Positions 6,952-17,721 of a DNA stretch of 32,000 nucleotides are shown piece after piece. The notes beneath the pieces were generated by a model. That model worked only from the letters and a program-made list of their open reading frames with translations, ran no database searches and had not been told where the DNA came from. The number at the start of each line of letters is the position of its first letter. Position 1 is the first letter of the stretch. A program made the position numbers and the translations under genes. The stretch is from Cupriavidus necator (GTDB lineage Bacteria; Pseudomonadota; Gammaproteobacteria; Burkholderiales; Burkholderiaceae): NCBI RefSeq assembly GCF_016127575.1, contig NZ_CP066019.1:1860001-1892000 (forward strand), written 5' to 3'.

Positions 6952-8529
6952 TCAGGCCACCTGCCTCTCCTGGCCGCCCCAGTAGCGGCCGCGGATGGCC
7001 TTGCGGTCGATCTTGCCCAGCGCGGTCAGCGGCAGCTCATCCACGAACACCACCTGCTTGGGCGCATTGACCACGCCCTTGTGCTGCGTCACGTGGCCGA
7101 TCACGTCGGCCTCGGTAAGCGCGGCACCGGGCCGTGCCACGACCACGGCGGTGACCGCCTCGCCCCACTTGGGGTCGGGGATGCCGATCACCGCGGACAT
7201 GGCGATGGCCGGGTGCAGCGCCAGGCAATGCTCCACCTCGCTCGGGTACACGTTGAAGCCGCCGCTGATGATCATGTCCTTGGCGCGGTCGACGATGTAC
7301 AGGAAGCCCTCGCTGTCGCAACGGGCCATGTCGCCGGTATGCAGCCAGTCGCCGGCAAAGACCTTGGCGTCTTCCTCGGGCCGGTTCAGGTAGCCTTCCA
7401 TCACCAGCGGACCGCGCACGCACAGCTCGCCCACCTCGCCCGGCGCGACTTCACGCAGGTCGGGGTCCAGCAGCTTGACCTGGTTGCCCGGGATCACCTT
7501 GCCGCACGAGCGCAGGCGCTCGGGGTTGTCCGGATCGTGGTCGCGCTGGCTCAGGTAGCTGATGCACATCGGCACTTCAGCCTGGCCATAGACCTGTCCG
7601 AACACCGGGCCGATGCGGCGCAGCGCGTCAGCGAGACGCACCGGCGCGATCGGCGCCGCGCCGTAGAGCACCAGCTCCAGGCTGGACAGGTCGGCCGCGT
7701 CCAGCCCGTCGCAATCGAGCAGGCCATAGATCTGCGTGGGCACCAAAAAGGTCAGGTTGATCCGTTGTTCGGCCACGCGTCGCAGGAAATCGGCGGGACT
7801 GAACTTGTCGCACACGTAGATGGTGCCGCCGCGCAGCAGCGTCGGCAGGAACAGGCTGCCGGACGCATGCGAGATCGGCGTGGTCACCAGATAGCGGATC
7901 TGCGCCGGCCATTCGTAGCTGGCCAGCATGTACTGCAGCACCGTCACCGTGGTCCGGTGCGTATGCAGGATGCCCTTGGAACGGCCAGTGGTGCCGCCGG
8001 TATAGGCCAGCCGGCTGATTTCCGTGGGGTCGTCGCCGGGAACCACGGGCGTGTCATCGAACGCAGCCGCCGCATTGGCCAGGCCAGGCCCGAACTCGCC
8101 ATCGTCCAGCGGCAGGACCTGCAGGCCGGCGCCAGCTGCCAGCACGCGCGCGCGCTCGGTGAAGCGGGCGTTGTCCACCACCAGCGCCCGCACCCCGGCA
8201 TCCTGCAGCACGAAGGCGTGATCCGCTTCCGATGCCATCGGATGCAGCGACACATTCTTCAGCCCGGCCAGCTGCGCGGCGATGATGGCGGCGACCGCTT
8301 CGGCGCGGTTGCCCACCAGGAAGGCCACGGCATCCTGGCGCGCCAGGCCGCGGGCGGCAAACAGCCGCGCGACGCGCGCGCACTGCCGCGCGAGCGCCTC
8401 ATAGCTCAGCGTGGTGTCGTCGCCGACGATGGCGGGCACGCCGGGCCTGGCACGCAGCGCGGCCGCATAGAGCTGGCCCACCGTAGCGCCGCCATGGACT
8501 ACCGCAGCGGCCGAAGCTTGACGGCTCAT
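6952..8529 (-). CDS. AMP-dependent acyl-CoA synthetase/ligase
   Basis: 525-aa ORF with SD GAGGAGA. Has the AMP-binding motif YTGGTTGRSKG, then GELCVRGP, WLHTGD and the C-terminal GKIDRK. Confidence 0.88.
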   Translation of the reverse strand: MSRQASAAAVVHGGATVGQLYAAALRARPGVPAIVGDDTTLSYEALARQCARVARLFAARGLARQDAVAFLVGNRAEAVAAIIAAQLAGLKNVSLHPMASEADHAFVLQDAGVRALVVDNARFTERARVLAAGAGLQVLPLDDGEFGPGLANAAAAFDDTPVVPGDDPTEISRLAYTGGTTGRSKGILHTHRTTVTVLQYMLASYEWPAQIRYLVTTPISHASGSLFLPTLLRGGTIYVCDKFSPADFLRRVAEQRINLTFLVPTQIYGLLDCDGLDAADLSSLELVLYGAAPIAPVRLADALRRIGPVFGQVYGQAEVPMCISYLSQRDHDPDNPERLRSCGKVIPGNQVKLLDPDLREVAPGEVGELCVRGPLVMEGYLNRPEEDAKVFAGDWLHTGDMARCDSEGFLYIVDRAKDMIISGGFNVYPSEVEHCLALHPAIAMSAVIGIPDPKWGEAVTAVVVARPGAALTEADVIGHVTQHKGVVNAPKQVVFVDELPLTALGKIDRKAIRGRYWGGQERQVA

Positions 8530-8808
8530 GTTGTCTCCTCGGATCTGTCTTTGTCAGGGCTCCCAATGTAGGAGGCATTCGGTACTCAGTCAACGATTTT
8601 GGTACCGAAAAGACCACGATCGGCTACGCCAAAGCGGCGCTGGAAGTGCATGCCGGCCACCTATTCGGGAAAACTCGGGGGACAATCGAGACCTGCGCGG
8701 CGGCCCCGGCCGGGGCCGCCGCGCAAACAGGAAACGGCCAGGACCAGGCCTGGCCACCGGGCCGACGCGCTGCGCGGCTGGTCCGGGATCACGGAAATGG
8801 CACGCGCC

Positions 8809-9246
8809 TCAGGCCTGTTCCTTGACCTGGTTTTCCAGCTCCACCAGCCGCTTCTTCAGCGCCCGCTCCTCCTGGAAGCGCACGGTCTCGTCGCGGATCA
8901 CGGCGACGATGCCGGTGATGGCGCCCGCATCATCCTTGAGCAGCGCCACGGTGAAGGCGATCGACATGGCCTTGCCGTCCTTGTCGACCGCGGGCACCTT
9001 GAGCAGGTCGTGGCCGTAGCGCGTGATGCCGGTCGCCATGGTCTTGCCGTAGCCCTCCCAGTGCCGCCCGCGCAGGCGCTCAGGGATGATCAGGTCGAGC
9101 GACTTGCCCATGGCCTCGGCCTGGGTAAAGCCGAACATGCGCTCGGCGGCGGGATTCCATAGCGTGATGGCGCCCTTGGCGTCGGAGATGATGATGGCGT
9201 CGCCGATGGCGGACACCAGTTGCGCGTAATCGATCTGGTCTGTCAT
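8809..9246 (-). CDS. Stand-alone PAS-domain protein with a C-terminal coiled coil (FixL-like PAS)
   Basis: ATG 9246 with SD GAGGGA (the track ORF starts at 9330). ITLWNPAAERMFGFTQAEAMGKSLDLIIPERLRGRHWEGYGKTMATG parallels the FixL heme-PAS stretch FGY...G.[23 protein letters not shown]. No output domain. Confidence 0.75.
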   Translation of the reverse strand: MTDQIDYAQLVSAIGDAIIISDAKGAITLWNPAAERMFGFTQAEAMGKSLDLIIPERLRGRHWEGYGKTMATGITRYGHDLLKVPAVDKDGKAMSIAFTVALLKDDAGAITGIVAVIRDETVRFQEERALKKRLVELENQVKEQA

Positions 9247-9332
9247 GGGGATTCCCTCGTTATTCCCAGGGCCGGTCGGCGCCAGCCTGTCATGGCCATC
9301 AAGGTAGCGTGCCACATGGCCACGCTGCAAGC

Positions 9333-9370
9333 AAAAACGCCGGGGCCCGCTATGCGCGAGACCCCGGCGT
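9333..9370 (-). terminator. Probable rho-independent terminator after frc
   Basis: Minus strand reads ACGCCGGGG...CCCCGGCG followed by TTTTT. It lies 32 nt past the frc stop. Confidence 0.5.
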
Positions 9371-9401
9371 ACACTCCGGCCACAAGTGCCGGCGGGCAGC
9401 G

Positions 9402-10652
9402 TCAGATCACCTGGGACTCGCGCAGGCGCTTGATGTCGTCCGCGCCGTAGCCCAGGCCGGCCAGCACCTCTTCGCTATGCTCGCCCAGCAGTGGCGACCC
9501 GGTGATCTCCGGCTTGAGGTCGGAGAACTTGATCGGGCTGCCCACCGTCAGGTAGGTACCGCGCTCCTTGTGCGGCACCTCGGTGATGCTGCCGCTGGCG
9601 CGCAGCGACGGATCGGCGGCGATTTCCTTCATCGACAGCACCGGCGAGCACGGGATGTCGAACTTGCGCAGGATGTCCACGGCCTCGTACTTGGTCTTGT
9701 CGGCCAGCCATTCCTCGATGGTGTTGAAGATATCGAAGATATGCGGCTGGCGAGCCTTGGCGGTGGCGTAGTTGGGATCGGAAATCCATTCCGGCTTGCC
9801 CAGCGCCTTGCAGATCGGCTCCCAGGCATGGCCCTGGATGGTGAAGTAGATATAGGCGTTGGGGTCGGTTTCCCACCCCTTGCACTTCAGCACCCAGCCC
9901 GGCTGGCCGCCGCCGCCCGCGTTGCCGCCGCGCGGCACCACGTCGCTGAAGCTGCCGTGCGGATACTGCGGGTACTCCTCCAGGTAGCCCAGGCGGTCCA
10001 GGCGCTGCTGGTCGCGCAGCTTGACCCGGCACAGGTTCAGCACCGCATCCTGCATCGACACAGCCACCTTCTGGCCCTTGCCGGTCTTGTCGCGGCCGAT
10101 CAGCGCGGTGAGGATGCCGATGGCCAGGTGCATGCCGGTGTTGGAATCGCCCAGCGCCGCGGCGGACACCGTCGGCGGGCCATCCCAGAAGCCGGTGGTC
10201 GAGGCCGCGCCGCCGGCGCACTGGGCCACGTTCTCGTAGACCTTCAGGTCTTCATAGTGGTGGCCGTCGCTGAAGCCCTTGACCGAAGCCACGATCATCT
10301 TCGGGTTCAGTTCGTTGATGCGTTCCCACGAGAACCCCATGCGGTCCAGCGCGCCCGGGCCGAAGTTCTCGACCAGCACGTCCGACTCGCGGATCAGCTG
10401 CTCCAGGATCTTCTTGCCTTCCGGCTTCTTGGTATCCAGCGTCAGGCTGCGCTTGTTGCTGTTGAGCATGGTGAAGTACAGGGCATCGACATCCGGGATG
10501 TCGCGCAGCTGGGTGCGCGTCACGTCGCCGGAACCGGGGCGCTCGACCTTGATCACGTCCGCACCGAACCACGCGAGAAGCTGCGTGCAGGCGGGACCGG
10601 CCTGGACGTGCGTGAAGTCGATGATCTTGATGCCGTTGAGTGGGAGGTTCAC
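9402..10652 (-). CDS. frc: Formyl-CoA:oxalate CoA-transferase
   Basis: 416 aa, GTG start with SD AGGAGAA. Near-colinear with my recollection of O. formigenes Frc ([74 protein letters not shown]). Confidence 0.92.
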   Translation of the reverse strand: MNLPLNGIKIIDFTHVQAGPACTQLLAWFGADVIKVERPGSGDVTRTQLRDIPDVDALYFTMLNSNKRSLTLDTKKPEGKKILEQLIRESDVLVENFGPGALDRMGFSWERINELNPKMIVASVKGFSDGHHYEDLKVYENVAQCAGGAASTTGFWDGPPTVSAAALGDSNTGMHLAIGILTALIGRDKTGKGQKVAVSMQDAVLNLCRVKLRDQQRLDRLGYLEEYPQYPHGSFSDVVPRGGNAGGGGQPGWVLKCKGWETDPNAYIYFTIQGHAWEPICKALGKPEWISDPNYATAKARQPHIFDIFNTIEEWLADKTKYEAVDILRKFDIPCSPVLSMKEIAADPSLRASGSITEVPHKERGTYLTVGSPIKFSDLKPEITGSPLLGEHSEEVLAGLGYGADDIKRLRESQVI

Positions 10653-10694
10653 TTTCGTTCTCCTATTGGATCAGAGGGGTGAAATTCGGGTGAA

Positions 10695-12434
10695 TTACTT
10701 CTTGGCCGAGCTTTGCGGATTCAGATTGGTCAGACGACCGCTTTCCGTGCCAGCAGCCGGATCGATGACAGCGTTGACCAGCGTGGGCTTGCCCGAGCGC
10801 AGGGCTTCGTTCACCGCAGCCTCGAGTTCCGCCGGCGTGGTGACGTTGCGGCCGACGCCACCGAACGCTTCCATCATCTTGTCGTAGCGCGCGCCCGGGA
10901 CGAACGTCGTGACCGCCGGATCCTTGCCGCCGGTCGGATTCACGTCGATGCCCTTGTAGACGCCGTTGTTGTTGAAAATGACGATGCAGACCGGCAGGTT
11001 GTAACGGCAGATCGTCTCGACTTCCATGCCCGAGAAACCGAACGCACTGTCACCGCACAGCGCCAGCACCGGCTTGCTGGTCTCGACCGCCGCGGCGACC
11101 GCGTAGCCCATGCCCACGCCCATCACGCCCCAGGTGCCTACGTCCAGGCGCTTGCGCGGCTCGTACATGTCGATCACGGCACGGGCGTAGTCCAGCGTGT
11201 TGGCGCCTTCGTTGACGAACGAGATGCCCGGGTTGGCCTTGACCACATCCTTCAGCACGTTCAGCGCGCCGTGGAAGTTCATCGGCGAGACATCCTTGGA
11301 CCTGGCCAGGGTCTCGGCCATCTTCGCCAGGTTCGTGTCCCTGCGGTCGGCCACCGCGTTCAGCCACTCGGCGCCCGGCTTGGCAAAGTCATTGCCGACC
11401 TTGTCGAGGATCGCCGACACGCACGAACCAATGTCACCCACTACCGGCGCGGCGATGGCGACGTTGCTGTCCATCTCGGTCGCCGCGATGTCGATCTGGA
11501 TGAATTGCTTCGGCTTGCCCCAGGTCTTGCCCTTGCCATGCGACAGCAGCCAGTTCAGGCGGGCGCCGACCAGCAACACCACGTCAGCTTCAGCCAGCAC
11601 ATACGAGCGTGCGGCCGAGGCCGATTGCGGATGCGTATCGGGCAGCAGGCCCTTGGCCATCGACATCGGCAGGTACGGAATGCCCGTCTTCTCGACCAGC
11701 GTGCGGATATCCGCTTCGGCGCGTGCGTACGCGGCACCCTTGCCCAGCAGGATCAGCGGGCGCTTGGCGCTCTTCAGCAGCGCGACGGCACGGTCGATCG
11801 AGTCCGGTGCAGGCAGTTGGCGCGGGGCCGGATCCACCACCTTGATCAGCGACTTGCGGCCCTTCTCGGCTTCCATCGACTGGCCCAGCAGCTTGGCCGG
11901 CAGGTCCAGGTACACACCGCCCGGACGGCCCGACACGGCGGCACGAATGGCACGCGCAATCCCGACACCAATGTCTTCAGCGTGCAGCACGCGGAAGGCA
12001 GCCTTGGCGTGCGGACGGGCGATGGCCAGCTGGTCCATCTCTTCGTAGTCACCCTGCTGCAAATCGACGATCTCGCGCTCGCTCGAGCCGCTGATCAGGA
12101 TCATCGGGAAGCAGTTGGTGGTCGCATGCGCCAGCGCCGTCAGCCCGTTCAGGAAGCCCGGCGCAGAAACGGTCAGGCAAACGCCCGGCTTTTGGGTGAG
12201 AAAGCCGGCAATCGCTGCTGCGTTGCCTGCGTTCTGCTCGTGACGGAAGCTGATGACGCGCATGCCGTTGGCCTGTGCCAGACGGGCCAGATCGGTGACC
12301 GGAATGCCGGGCAGACCGTAGATGTTCTCGATGCCGTTCAGCTTCAGCGCGTCGATGACCAGATGAAAACCATCGGTTTGTGCCTGATGTTCTTCCGTGG
12401 CGTGACGCTGCAGTTCGTTTCCGACTTCTGCCAT
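10695..12434 (-). CDS. oxc: Oxalyl-CoA decarboxylase (ThDP-dependent)
   Basis: 579 aa with SD GAAGGAA. Has the ThDP-enzyme architecture and the [27 protein letters not shown] ThDP motif. Sits 42 nt upstream of frc. Confidence 0.9.
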   Translation of the reverse strand: MAEVGNELQRHATEEHQAQTDGFHLVIDALKLNGIENIYGLPGIPVTDLARLAQANGMRVISFRHEQNAGNAAAIAGFLTQKPGVCLTVSAPGFLNGLTALAHATTNCFPMILISGSSEREIVDLQQGDYEEMDQLAIARPHAKAAFRVLHAEDIGVGIARAIRAAVSGRPGGVYLDLPAKLLGQSMEAEKGRKSLIKVVDPAPRQLPAPDSIDRAVALLKSAKRPLILLGKGAAYARAEADIRTLVEKTGIPYLPMSMAKGLLPDTHPQSASAARSYVLAEADVVLLVGARLNWLLSHGKGKTWGKPKQFIQIDIAATEMDSNVAIAAPVVGDIGSCVSAILDKVGNDFAKPGAEWLNAVADRRDTNLAKMAETLARSKDVSPMNFHGALNVLKDVVKANPGISFVNEGANTLDYARAVIDMYEPRKRLDVGTWGVMGVGMGYAVAAAVETSKPVLALCGDSAFGFSGMEVETICRYNLPVCIVIFNNNGVYKGIDVNPTGGKDPAVTTFVPGARYDKMMEAFGGVGRNVTTPAELEAAVNEALRSGKPTLVNAVIDPAAGTESGRLTNLNPQSSAKK

Positions 12435-12657
12435 GGTTGATTCCTTCTATACAAATTGACTGGGGTTGGAATTCTTCTAATTCAGGGTGTCTTCCGCGTG
12501 GTGCTCCCGACCCGCTTGGCTTCGACGACTTCGGACATGTCTTGGTCTCCTCGTTGAACTCTTTACGGGGCGGGGCACTCTCGCCTTCTCGCCCTTCGCT
12601 GTTGCTACCCGTATGCCTTGCGGCGCCCGATCGTTTCACTCGATCTTGATGACATAC

Positions 12658-12673
12658 GGTATGTGATATATCA
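12658..12673 (-). promoter_or_regulatory. Box 3 (16/16), about 223 nt upstream of the oxc ATG
   Basis: Read directly. Embedded in a 32-nt stretch (12645..12676) identical to 19963..19994. Confidence 0.7.
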
Positions 12674-12849
12674 GAACGAAGCAAGAAGAATTTCCCCTAG
12701 CCCTTCAAGTTTCGTGGATGCGGCGCAGCAATTTTGCAGGCAATTACGGCTAAATCAGCGTAATTTCTGAAAGCACGCGATTCATGCGCAATCGGCACAG
12801 ATTTCCGGGCCATGTCGAAGCCTGGAAATCTCGCCGGGATTACGCATGA

Positions 12850-12865
12850 AGATATACTACATACC
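12850..12865 (+). promoter_or_regulatory. Box 8, degenerate and inverted (AGATATACTACATACC, 13/16)
   Basis: Read directly. Opposite orientation to box 3, with centres about 192 bp apart. Confidence 0.35.
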
Positions 12866-13019
12866 AAAAATTCCAGCGGCTTTATGGCTCTCTGGAACAC
12901 ATTGCCGCGCACTGGCGTCCTCCGCGAACACCAGCGCGCCCACTAATGGGAATGTCCTGCCCCCGCTCCGGAAGCCCGGCAGCCTACGCCAGGCTCCCCC
13001 TCTACCGTTCAGCCCGGGA

Positions 13020-14363
13020 TTACTCCCCCTGACGCGGCGAAATGCCAGCCAGGAACGCGGTGTCGGACACGCGCACTGCCTCGGCATGCCCGGTGATAAA
13101 GCGCTTGCGCACGGGCGCCAGCAACACCTTGGCCGAGATCCCTGCCGCAATCGTCACCACCGCCGCCACCGAGAACACGGCTCCCCAGCCGCCATGCGCC
13201 GACAGGATCGATGCCAGCGGCACCACCATCGCCGCCGTGCCCTTCGCCGTGTACAGGGTGCCGGCATTGGCCGCGGCGAATTTGCTGCCGAAGGTATCGG
13301 CGCACAAGGCCGGGAAAATCGAGAAGATCTCGCCCCAGAACAGGAAGGTCAGCGCCGCGAAGAACATGAACCAGTACGGGTTGTGCCCCATCTGCATCAG
13401 CCCGAGCAGCGCCAGCCCCTCGCCGACGAAGATCACGAACATGGTGTTCTCGCGCCCGAACTTGTCCGACAGGAAACCGCACAAGGGCCGCGTAAAGCCA
13501 TTGCACAGGTTGTCGATCGACAAGGTCATGGTCAGCAGCGGCAGCGTCATGCCCAGCATCGTCACCGGCATCGAGGCGAAGCCATAGTCCTTGGCGATGG
13601 GCCCGAGCTGCGCCGTCGCCATGATCCCCCCCGCCGCCACCGCGACAAAGCTCACGTAGATCAGCCAGAACACCGGCGTCTTCACCATCTGCCCCGGCGA
13701 GAACTCGACCGGGTTGGTCAGTACCGCCTTGGCCGCCACCGCGCCCTTGGGCGGCCTGGGCTTCACCAGCAGCAGTGCCAGCACGAAGATGCACACGCCC
13801 TGCAGGATGCCGAAGGTCAGGAAGGCCTTTTCATAGCCCGAGCTCTGGATCATGTTGGCGATGGGGATCACCGTAATGGCCGCGCCCGCGCCGAAACCCG
13901 CCGCCGTCAGTCCGGCCGCGAGGCCGCGCTTGTCCGGGAACCACTTCAGCGCGTTGCCGACGCAGGTCCCATAGACACCGCCCGCGCCGATGCCGGCAAT
14001 CACCGCGGCCGCATACAGTTCCGGCAGCGTGGTCGCATAGGCATTCATCACCCATGCCAGGCCCGCGCAGATCGCCCCGCCCGCCACTACCGGGCGCGGG
14101 CCAAACTTGTCCACCAGCCAGCCCTCCAGCGGCACCAGCCAGGTTTCCGTCACGATGAAAATGGAGAATGCCACCTGGATGGCGGACGCGCCCCAGTGAT
14201 GCTTGGCGTCCATCGGTGACACGAAGAGGGTCCAGCCGTATTGCAAATTCGCCACCAGCCCCATGCACACCACGCCAATTGCAAGCTGGATCCAACGGTT
14301 CTGCAGGCCGCGCCCGTTCACGTTGCCGTGACCGGCCGGGGCCGATACTTCAAATTGCGCCAT
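13020..14363 (-). CDS. oxlT: MFS oxalate:formate antiporter family transporter (OxlT-like), copy 2
   Basis: 447 aa with SD AGGAGA. Same OFA-family motifs as copy 1 (YGWTLF, VDKFGPR, KWFPDKRGLAAG, FGRENTM). Confidence 0.88.
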   Translation of the reverse strand: MAQFEVSAPAGHGNVNGRGLQNRWIQLAIGVVCMGLVANLQYGWTLFVSPMDAKHHWGASAIQVAFSIFIVTETWLVPLEGWLVDKFGPRPVVAGGAICAGLAWVMNAYATTLPELYAAAVIAGIGAGGVYGTCVGNALKWFPDKRGLAAGLTAAGFGAGAAITVIPIANMIQSSGYEKAFLTFGILQGVCIFVLALLLVKPRPPKGAVAAKAVLTNPVEFSPGQMVKTPVFWLIYVSFVAVAAGGIMATAQLGPIAKDYGFASMPVTMLGMTLPLLTMTLSIDNLCNGFTRPLCGFLSDKFGRENTMFVIFVGEGLALLGLMQMGHNPYWFMFFAALTFLFWGEIFSIFPALCADTFGSKFAAANAGTLYTAKGTAAMVVPLASILSAHGGWGAVFSVAAVVTIAAGISAKVLLAPVRKRFITGHAEAVRVSDTAFLAGISPRQGE

Positions 14364-14476
14364 CTGTCTTGTCTCCTGGTACTGTTTGTTTGTGCCTCGA
14401 CTGGCACAACAGGGCTTTGTGGGTTGCCCTTCTCACAACTAGACCGGCGCCTGGCATTGCGGCACATGAAGTCGTG

Positions 14477-14556
14477 GATTGATGCTACCTGAAGCTTAAT
14501 TTGACTAGTCTTAAAGTTTTTTATCGTTTCTATTTGCGATCGTTTATATATCGCGG
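14477..14556. promoter_or_regulatory. 80-bp conserved block B upstream of oxlT copy 2
   Basis: See block A. ATCGTTTCTATT and ATCGTTTATATA lie 16 bp apart (14523 and 14539). Confidence 0.55.
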
Positions 14557-14614
14557 AGCTGGCATGAATCGCCCGCCGGGCTTCCATAACAGGTTGTCTA
14601 TGGGCCCATCCAGA

Positions 14615-14660
14615 CAACAAAAGCCACCGCCGCCCCGACAAACGCGGGGCGGCGGTGGCT
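14615..14660 (-). terminator. Rho-independent terminator after pntB
   Basis: Near-perfect hairpin GCCACCGCCGCCCCG / CGGGGCGGCGGTGGC (14623..14659). On the minus strand it is followed by TTTTGTTG. Confidence 0.75.
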
Positions 14661-14707
14661 TCGCGGCCGCCTGAACTGCTCAGCTTGGAGACCTCGACTC
14701 GACCAAC

Positions 14708-16105
14708 TCAGGCCGGCGCTTCCTCCAGCTGCCTCAGCAGGGCATCGACACTGCCCTTGGCGTCGCCGAACCACATCCGCGTGTTGTCCTTGTAGAACAA
14801 CGGGTTGTCCACGCCCGCATAGCCCGCCGCCATGCTGCGCTTGGACACCACCACGGTGCGGGCCTTCCAGACTTCCAGCACCGGCATGCCGGCAATGGGG
14901 CTGCCCGGGTCTTCCAGCGCACCGGGGTTGACGATGTCGTTGGCGCCCACCACCAGCACCACGTCGGCCTTCTCGAAGTCGTCGTTGATCTCTTCCATCT
15001 CCAGCACGATGTCGTACGGCACGCGCGCCTCGGCCAGCAGCACGTTCATGTGCCCGGGCAGGCGGCCTGCGACCGGGTGGATGCCGAAGCGCACGGTGAC
15101 GCCCTGCGCCCGCAGCCGCCGCGCGATCTCGCTGATGGTGCCCTGCGCCTGCGCCACCGCCATGCCGTAGCCCGGCACGATGATCACGTCGCTGGCGTCC
15201 TTGAGCAGGTTGCCGACTTCCTCGCTGGACACCGGCAGCACCTCGCCCTGCTCGGTCGCCGCGCCCTGTGCCTGCACCGCGCCGAAGCCGCCCAGGATCA
15301 CCGACAGGAACTTGCGGTTCATCGCCTTGCACATGATGTAGCTGAGGATGGCGCCGCTCGATCCCACCAGCGCCCCGGTGATGATCAGCAGGTCGTTGCC
15401 CAGCATGAAGCCGGTGGCCGCCGCGGCCCAGCCGGAGTAGCTGTTGAGCATCGAAACCACCACCGGCATGTCGGCGCCGCCGATGGCCAGCACCAGGTGC
15501 GCGCCGACCAGCAGCGCAATCACCGTCATCGCCGCCAGCGGCACCAGCCCCTGCTGCGCGTCGGGCGCGCTCAGGAAGGCATAGCCCAGCCACACGCAAA
15601 CCAGCAGCGCGATGGCATTCAAGGCATGCCGCCCGGGCAGCAGCATCGGCTTGCCGCCCATGGTGCCCTGCAGCTTCAGGAAGGCGATGATCGAGCCCGT
15701 GAACGTGACCGCGCCGATCAGGATGCCAAGGTAGGTTTCCACTTCATGGATGGCCTTCTCCGCGCCGGTCAGCGCATGGCTATCCAGGTAGTTGGCATAA
15801 CCCACCAGCACCGCGGCCAGGCCGACGAAGCTGTGCAGCACCGCCACCAACTGCGGCATCTGCGTCATTTCCACGCGCCTGGCCAGCATGGCACCGGCGA
15901 TGCCGCCCACCAGCATCGCGCCGATGATGATGGCGATGCCGTCCGGGCTGCCCGCCAGCACGGTGGTCAGCACCGCGATCACCATGCCGGCGATGCCCAG
16001 CAGGTTGCCGCGGCGCGCGGTGCCGGGGTGGCTCAGCCCGCTCAGGCTGAGGATGAAGAGCGCGCTGGCGCCCAGGTAAGCGATATTGCTGATTCCGGAT
16101 GGCAT
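14708..16105 (-). CDS. pntB: NAD(P) transhydrogenase subunit beta
   Basis: 465 aa with an N-terminal polytopic membrane domain and a C-terminal dIII NADP(H) domain ([44 protein letters not shown]). Confidence 0.92.
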   Translation of the reverse strand: MPSGISNIAYLGASALFILSLSGLSHPGTARRGNLLGIAGMVIAVLTTVLAGSPDGIAIIIGAMLVGGIAGAMLARRVEMTQMPQLVAVLHSFVGLAAVLVGYANYLDSHALTGAEKAIHEVETYLGILIGAVTFTGSIIAFLKLQGTMGGKPMLLPGRHALNAIALLVCVWLGYAFLSAPDAQQGLVPLAAMTVIALLVGAHLVLAIGGADMPVVVSMLNSYSGWAAAATGFMLGNDLLIITGALVGSSGAILSYIMCKAMNRKFLSVILGGFGAVQAQGAATEQGEVLPVSSEEVGNLLKDASDVIIVPGYGMAVAQAQGTISEIARRLRAQGVTVRFGIHPVAGRLPGHMNVLLAEARVPYDIVLEMEEINDDFEKADVVLVVGANDIVNPGALEDPGSPIAGMPVLEVWKARTVVVSKRSMAAGYAGVDNPLFYKDNTRMWFGDAKGSVDALLRQLEEAPA

Positions 16106-16121
16106 CCCTGTCTCCCCGTCT

Positions 16122-17684
16122 CTAGTCCCGCTGGAACATCTTGAGCATGCGCTGCGTCACCAGGAAGCCGCCGGCGATATTGATGGTGGCCAGCAGCACC
16201 GCGCTGCCGGCAATCACCGCCGTCAGCAGCGACGGCTTGCCCAGCTGCACCAGCGCGCCCACCACGATGATCCCGCTGATGGCATTGGTCACGCTCATCA
16301 GTGGCGTATGCAGCGCGGCGGTGACGTTCCACACCACCTGGTAGCCGACAAAGATCGCCAGCACGAACACCGTGAAATGCGCCATGAAGGCCGGCGGCGC
16401 GACCGCGCCCAGGCCCAGCAGCGCCGCCGCCGCGATGGCCAGCGCGATCAGCGTCGCGCCGGTGCGGCTGCGCGGCGGCTCGGCCTCGGCCTGCACCGGC
16501 GGCGGCGCGGCCGGCGCCTGCTGCTGCGGGATCGCCACCGTCAGCGGCGGCGGTGGCCAGGTCACCGTGCCCTGGTGCAGCACCGTGGCACCGCGGATCA
16601 TCTCGTCGTCCATGTCGACCACGAGCTGGCCGTCCTTGCCCGGCGTCAGCTCCGTCAGCAGGTGGCGGATATTGGTGCCATAGAGCTGGCTGGCCTGCGC
16701 CGCCATGCGGCTGGGCAGGTCGGTGTAGCCGATGATGGTGACGCCGTGCTGCCGCACCGCCTCGCCCGGAACGGTCAGCACGCAGTTGCCGCCCTGCTCA
16801 GCAGCCAGGTCGACCACCACGCTGCCGGCGCGCATCAGGCCCACCGTGCCGGCCTCGAGCAGCTTGGGAGCGGGCCTGCCCGGGATCAGCGCGGTGGTGA
16901 TGATGATGTCGACCTCGCGCGCCTGTTCGGCAAAGAGACGCATCTCGGCTTCGATAAAGGCCGGGCTCATCTCCTTGGCATAGCCGCCGCTGCCGCTGCC
17001 GTCCTCTTCGATCTCGACGGTCAGGAACTCGGCGCCCAGGCTTTCGATCTGCTGGCGCACCACCGGCCGCGTATCGAAGGCGCGCACCACCGCACCCAGG
17101 CTGCGCGCCGCGCCGATGGCCGCCAGCCCCGCCACGCCCGCGCCGATCACCAGCACGCGCGCCGGCGGGATCTTGCCCGCGGCCGTGATCTGCCCGGCAA
17201 AGGGCCGCCCGAACGCATGCGCGGCTTCGATCACCGCGCGGTAGCCCGCCATATTGGCCATCGAGCTGAGCGCGTCCAGCTTCTGCGCGCGCGAGATGCG
17301 CGGCACGCAGTCCATCGCCAGCACGGTTGCGCCGCGCTGCGTCAGCCGCTCCAGCATCGCCATCTGCTGCGCCGGCCAGACAAAGCCGATCAGCGTGGCA
17401 TGCTTCTTCAGCAGCGCCGCCTCTTCCACGCCCAGGCTGGGATGGACCTGCGGCGGGCGCACCTTGATCACCACATCGACCGAAGCCCACAGGCTGGCCG
17501 CGTCGACAATGGCCGCACCGGCGGCGCTGTAGTCAGCGTCGGAGAACGACGCTTCCTGGCCGGCGCCGGTCTCCACCACCACCTGGTAGCCCAGCTTGAG
17601 CAGTTCCCTGACCGAGTCGGGCGTGGCGGCAACGCGCCGCTCGCCCGGGTGGACTTCGCGTGGCACACCGATCGTCATTGGCAT
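16122..17684 (-). CDS. pntA: NAD(P) transhydrogenase subunit alpha (fused dI + dII-N)
   Basis: Start chosen at [11 protein letters not shown] (ATG 17684; ATG 17678 is also possible), whereas the track ORF starts at 17783 and overlaps the upstream gene. Has the Ala-dehydrogenase-like dI fold ([14 protein letters not shown]) and C-terminal TM helices. Confidence 0.9.
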   Translation of the reverse strand: MPMTIGVPREVHPGERRVAATPDSVRELLKLGYQVVVETGAGQEASFSDADYSAAGAAIVDAASLWASVDVVIKVRPPQVHPSLGVEEAALLKKHATLIGFVWPAQQMAMLERLTQRGATVLAMDCVPRISRAQKLDALSSMANMAGYRAVIEAAHAFGRPFAGQITAAGKIPPARVLVIGAGVAGLAAIGAARSLGAVVRAFDTRPVVRQQIESLGAEFLTVEIEEDGSGSGGYAKEMSPAFIEAEMRLFAEQAREVDIIITTALIPGRPAPKLLEAGTVGLMRAGSVVVDLAAEQGGNCVLTVPGEAVRQHGVTIIGYTDLPSRMAAQASQLYGTNIRHLLTELTPGKDGQLVVDMDDEMIRGATVLHQGTVTWPPPPLTVAIPQQQAPAAPPPVQAEAEPPRSRTGATLIALAIAAAALLGLGAVAPPAFMAHFTVFVLAIFVGYQVVWNVTAALHTPLMSVTNAISGIIVVGALVQLGKPSLLTAVIAGSAVLLATINIAGGFLVTQRMLKMFQRD

Positions 17685-17721
17685 GGCATTCACCGTTTTA
17701 TGGAAGGAATCAGGCGCCGGC

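Noticed and set aside
6952-8529. Calling the acyl-CoA synthetase an oxalate-CoA ligase because it neighbours frc/oxc
   Set aside because: It has no box upstream, it is separated from the PAS gene by 280 bp, and generic AMP-binding motifs alone give no substrate information.
8695-8724. Perfect GC hairpin GCGCGGCGGCCCC ggcc GGGGCCGCCGCGC as the terminator of the PAS gene
   Set aside because: No U-tract follows on the minus strand. It may be a GC-rich structural element or a Rho-dependent pause site, but it is not callable as an intrinsic terminator.
12049-12684. 211-aa minus-strand ORF covering the oxc leader, and the 87-aa ORF at 3741..4004
   Set aside because: Both have low-complexity, Arg/Ser/Gly-rich translations. 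Their upstream parts run across intergenic control DNA, including box 3 and block A. Only short sub-ORFs with SD sequences are worth noting, and those are listed in the findings.
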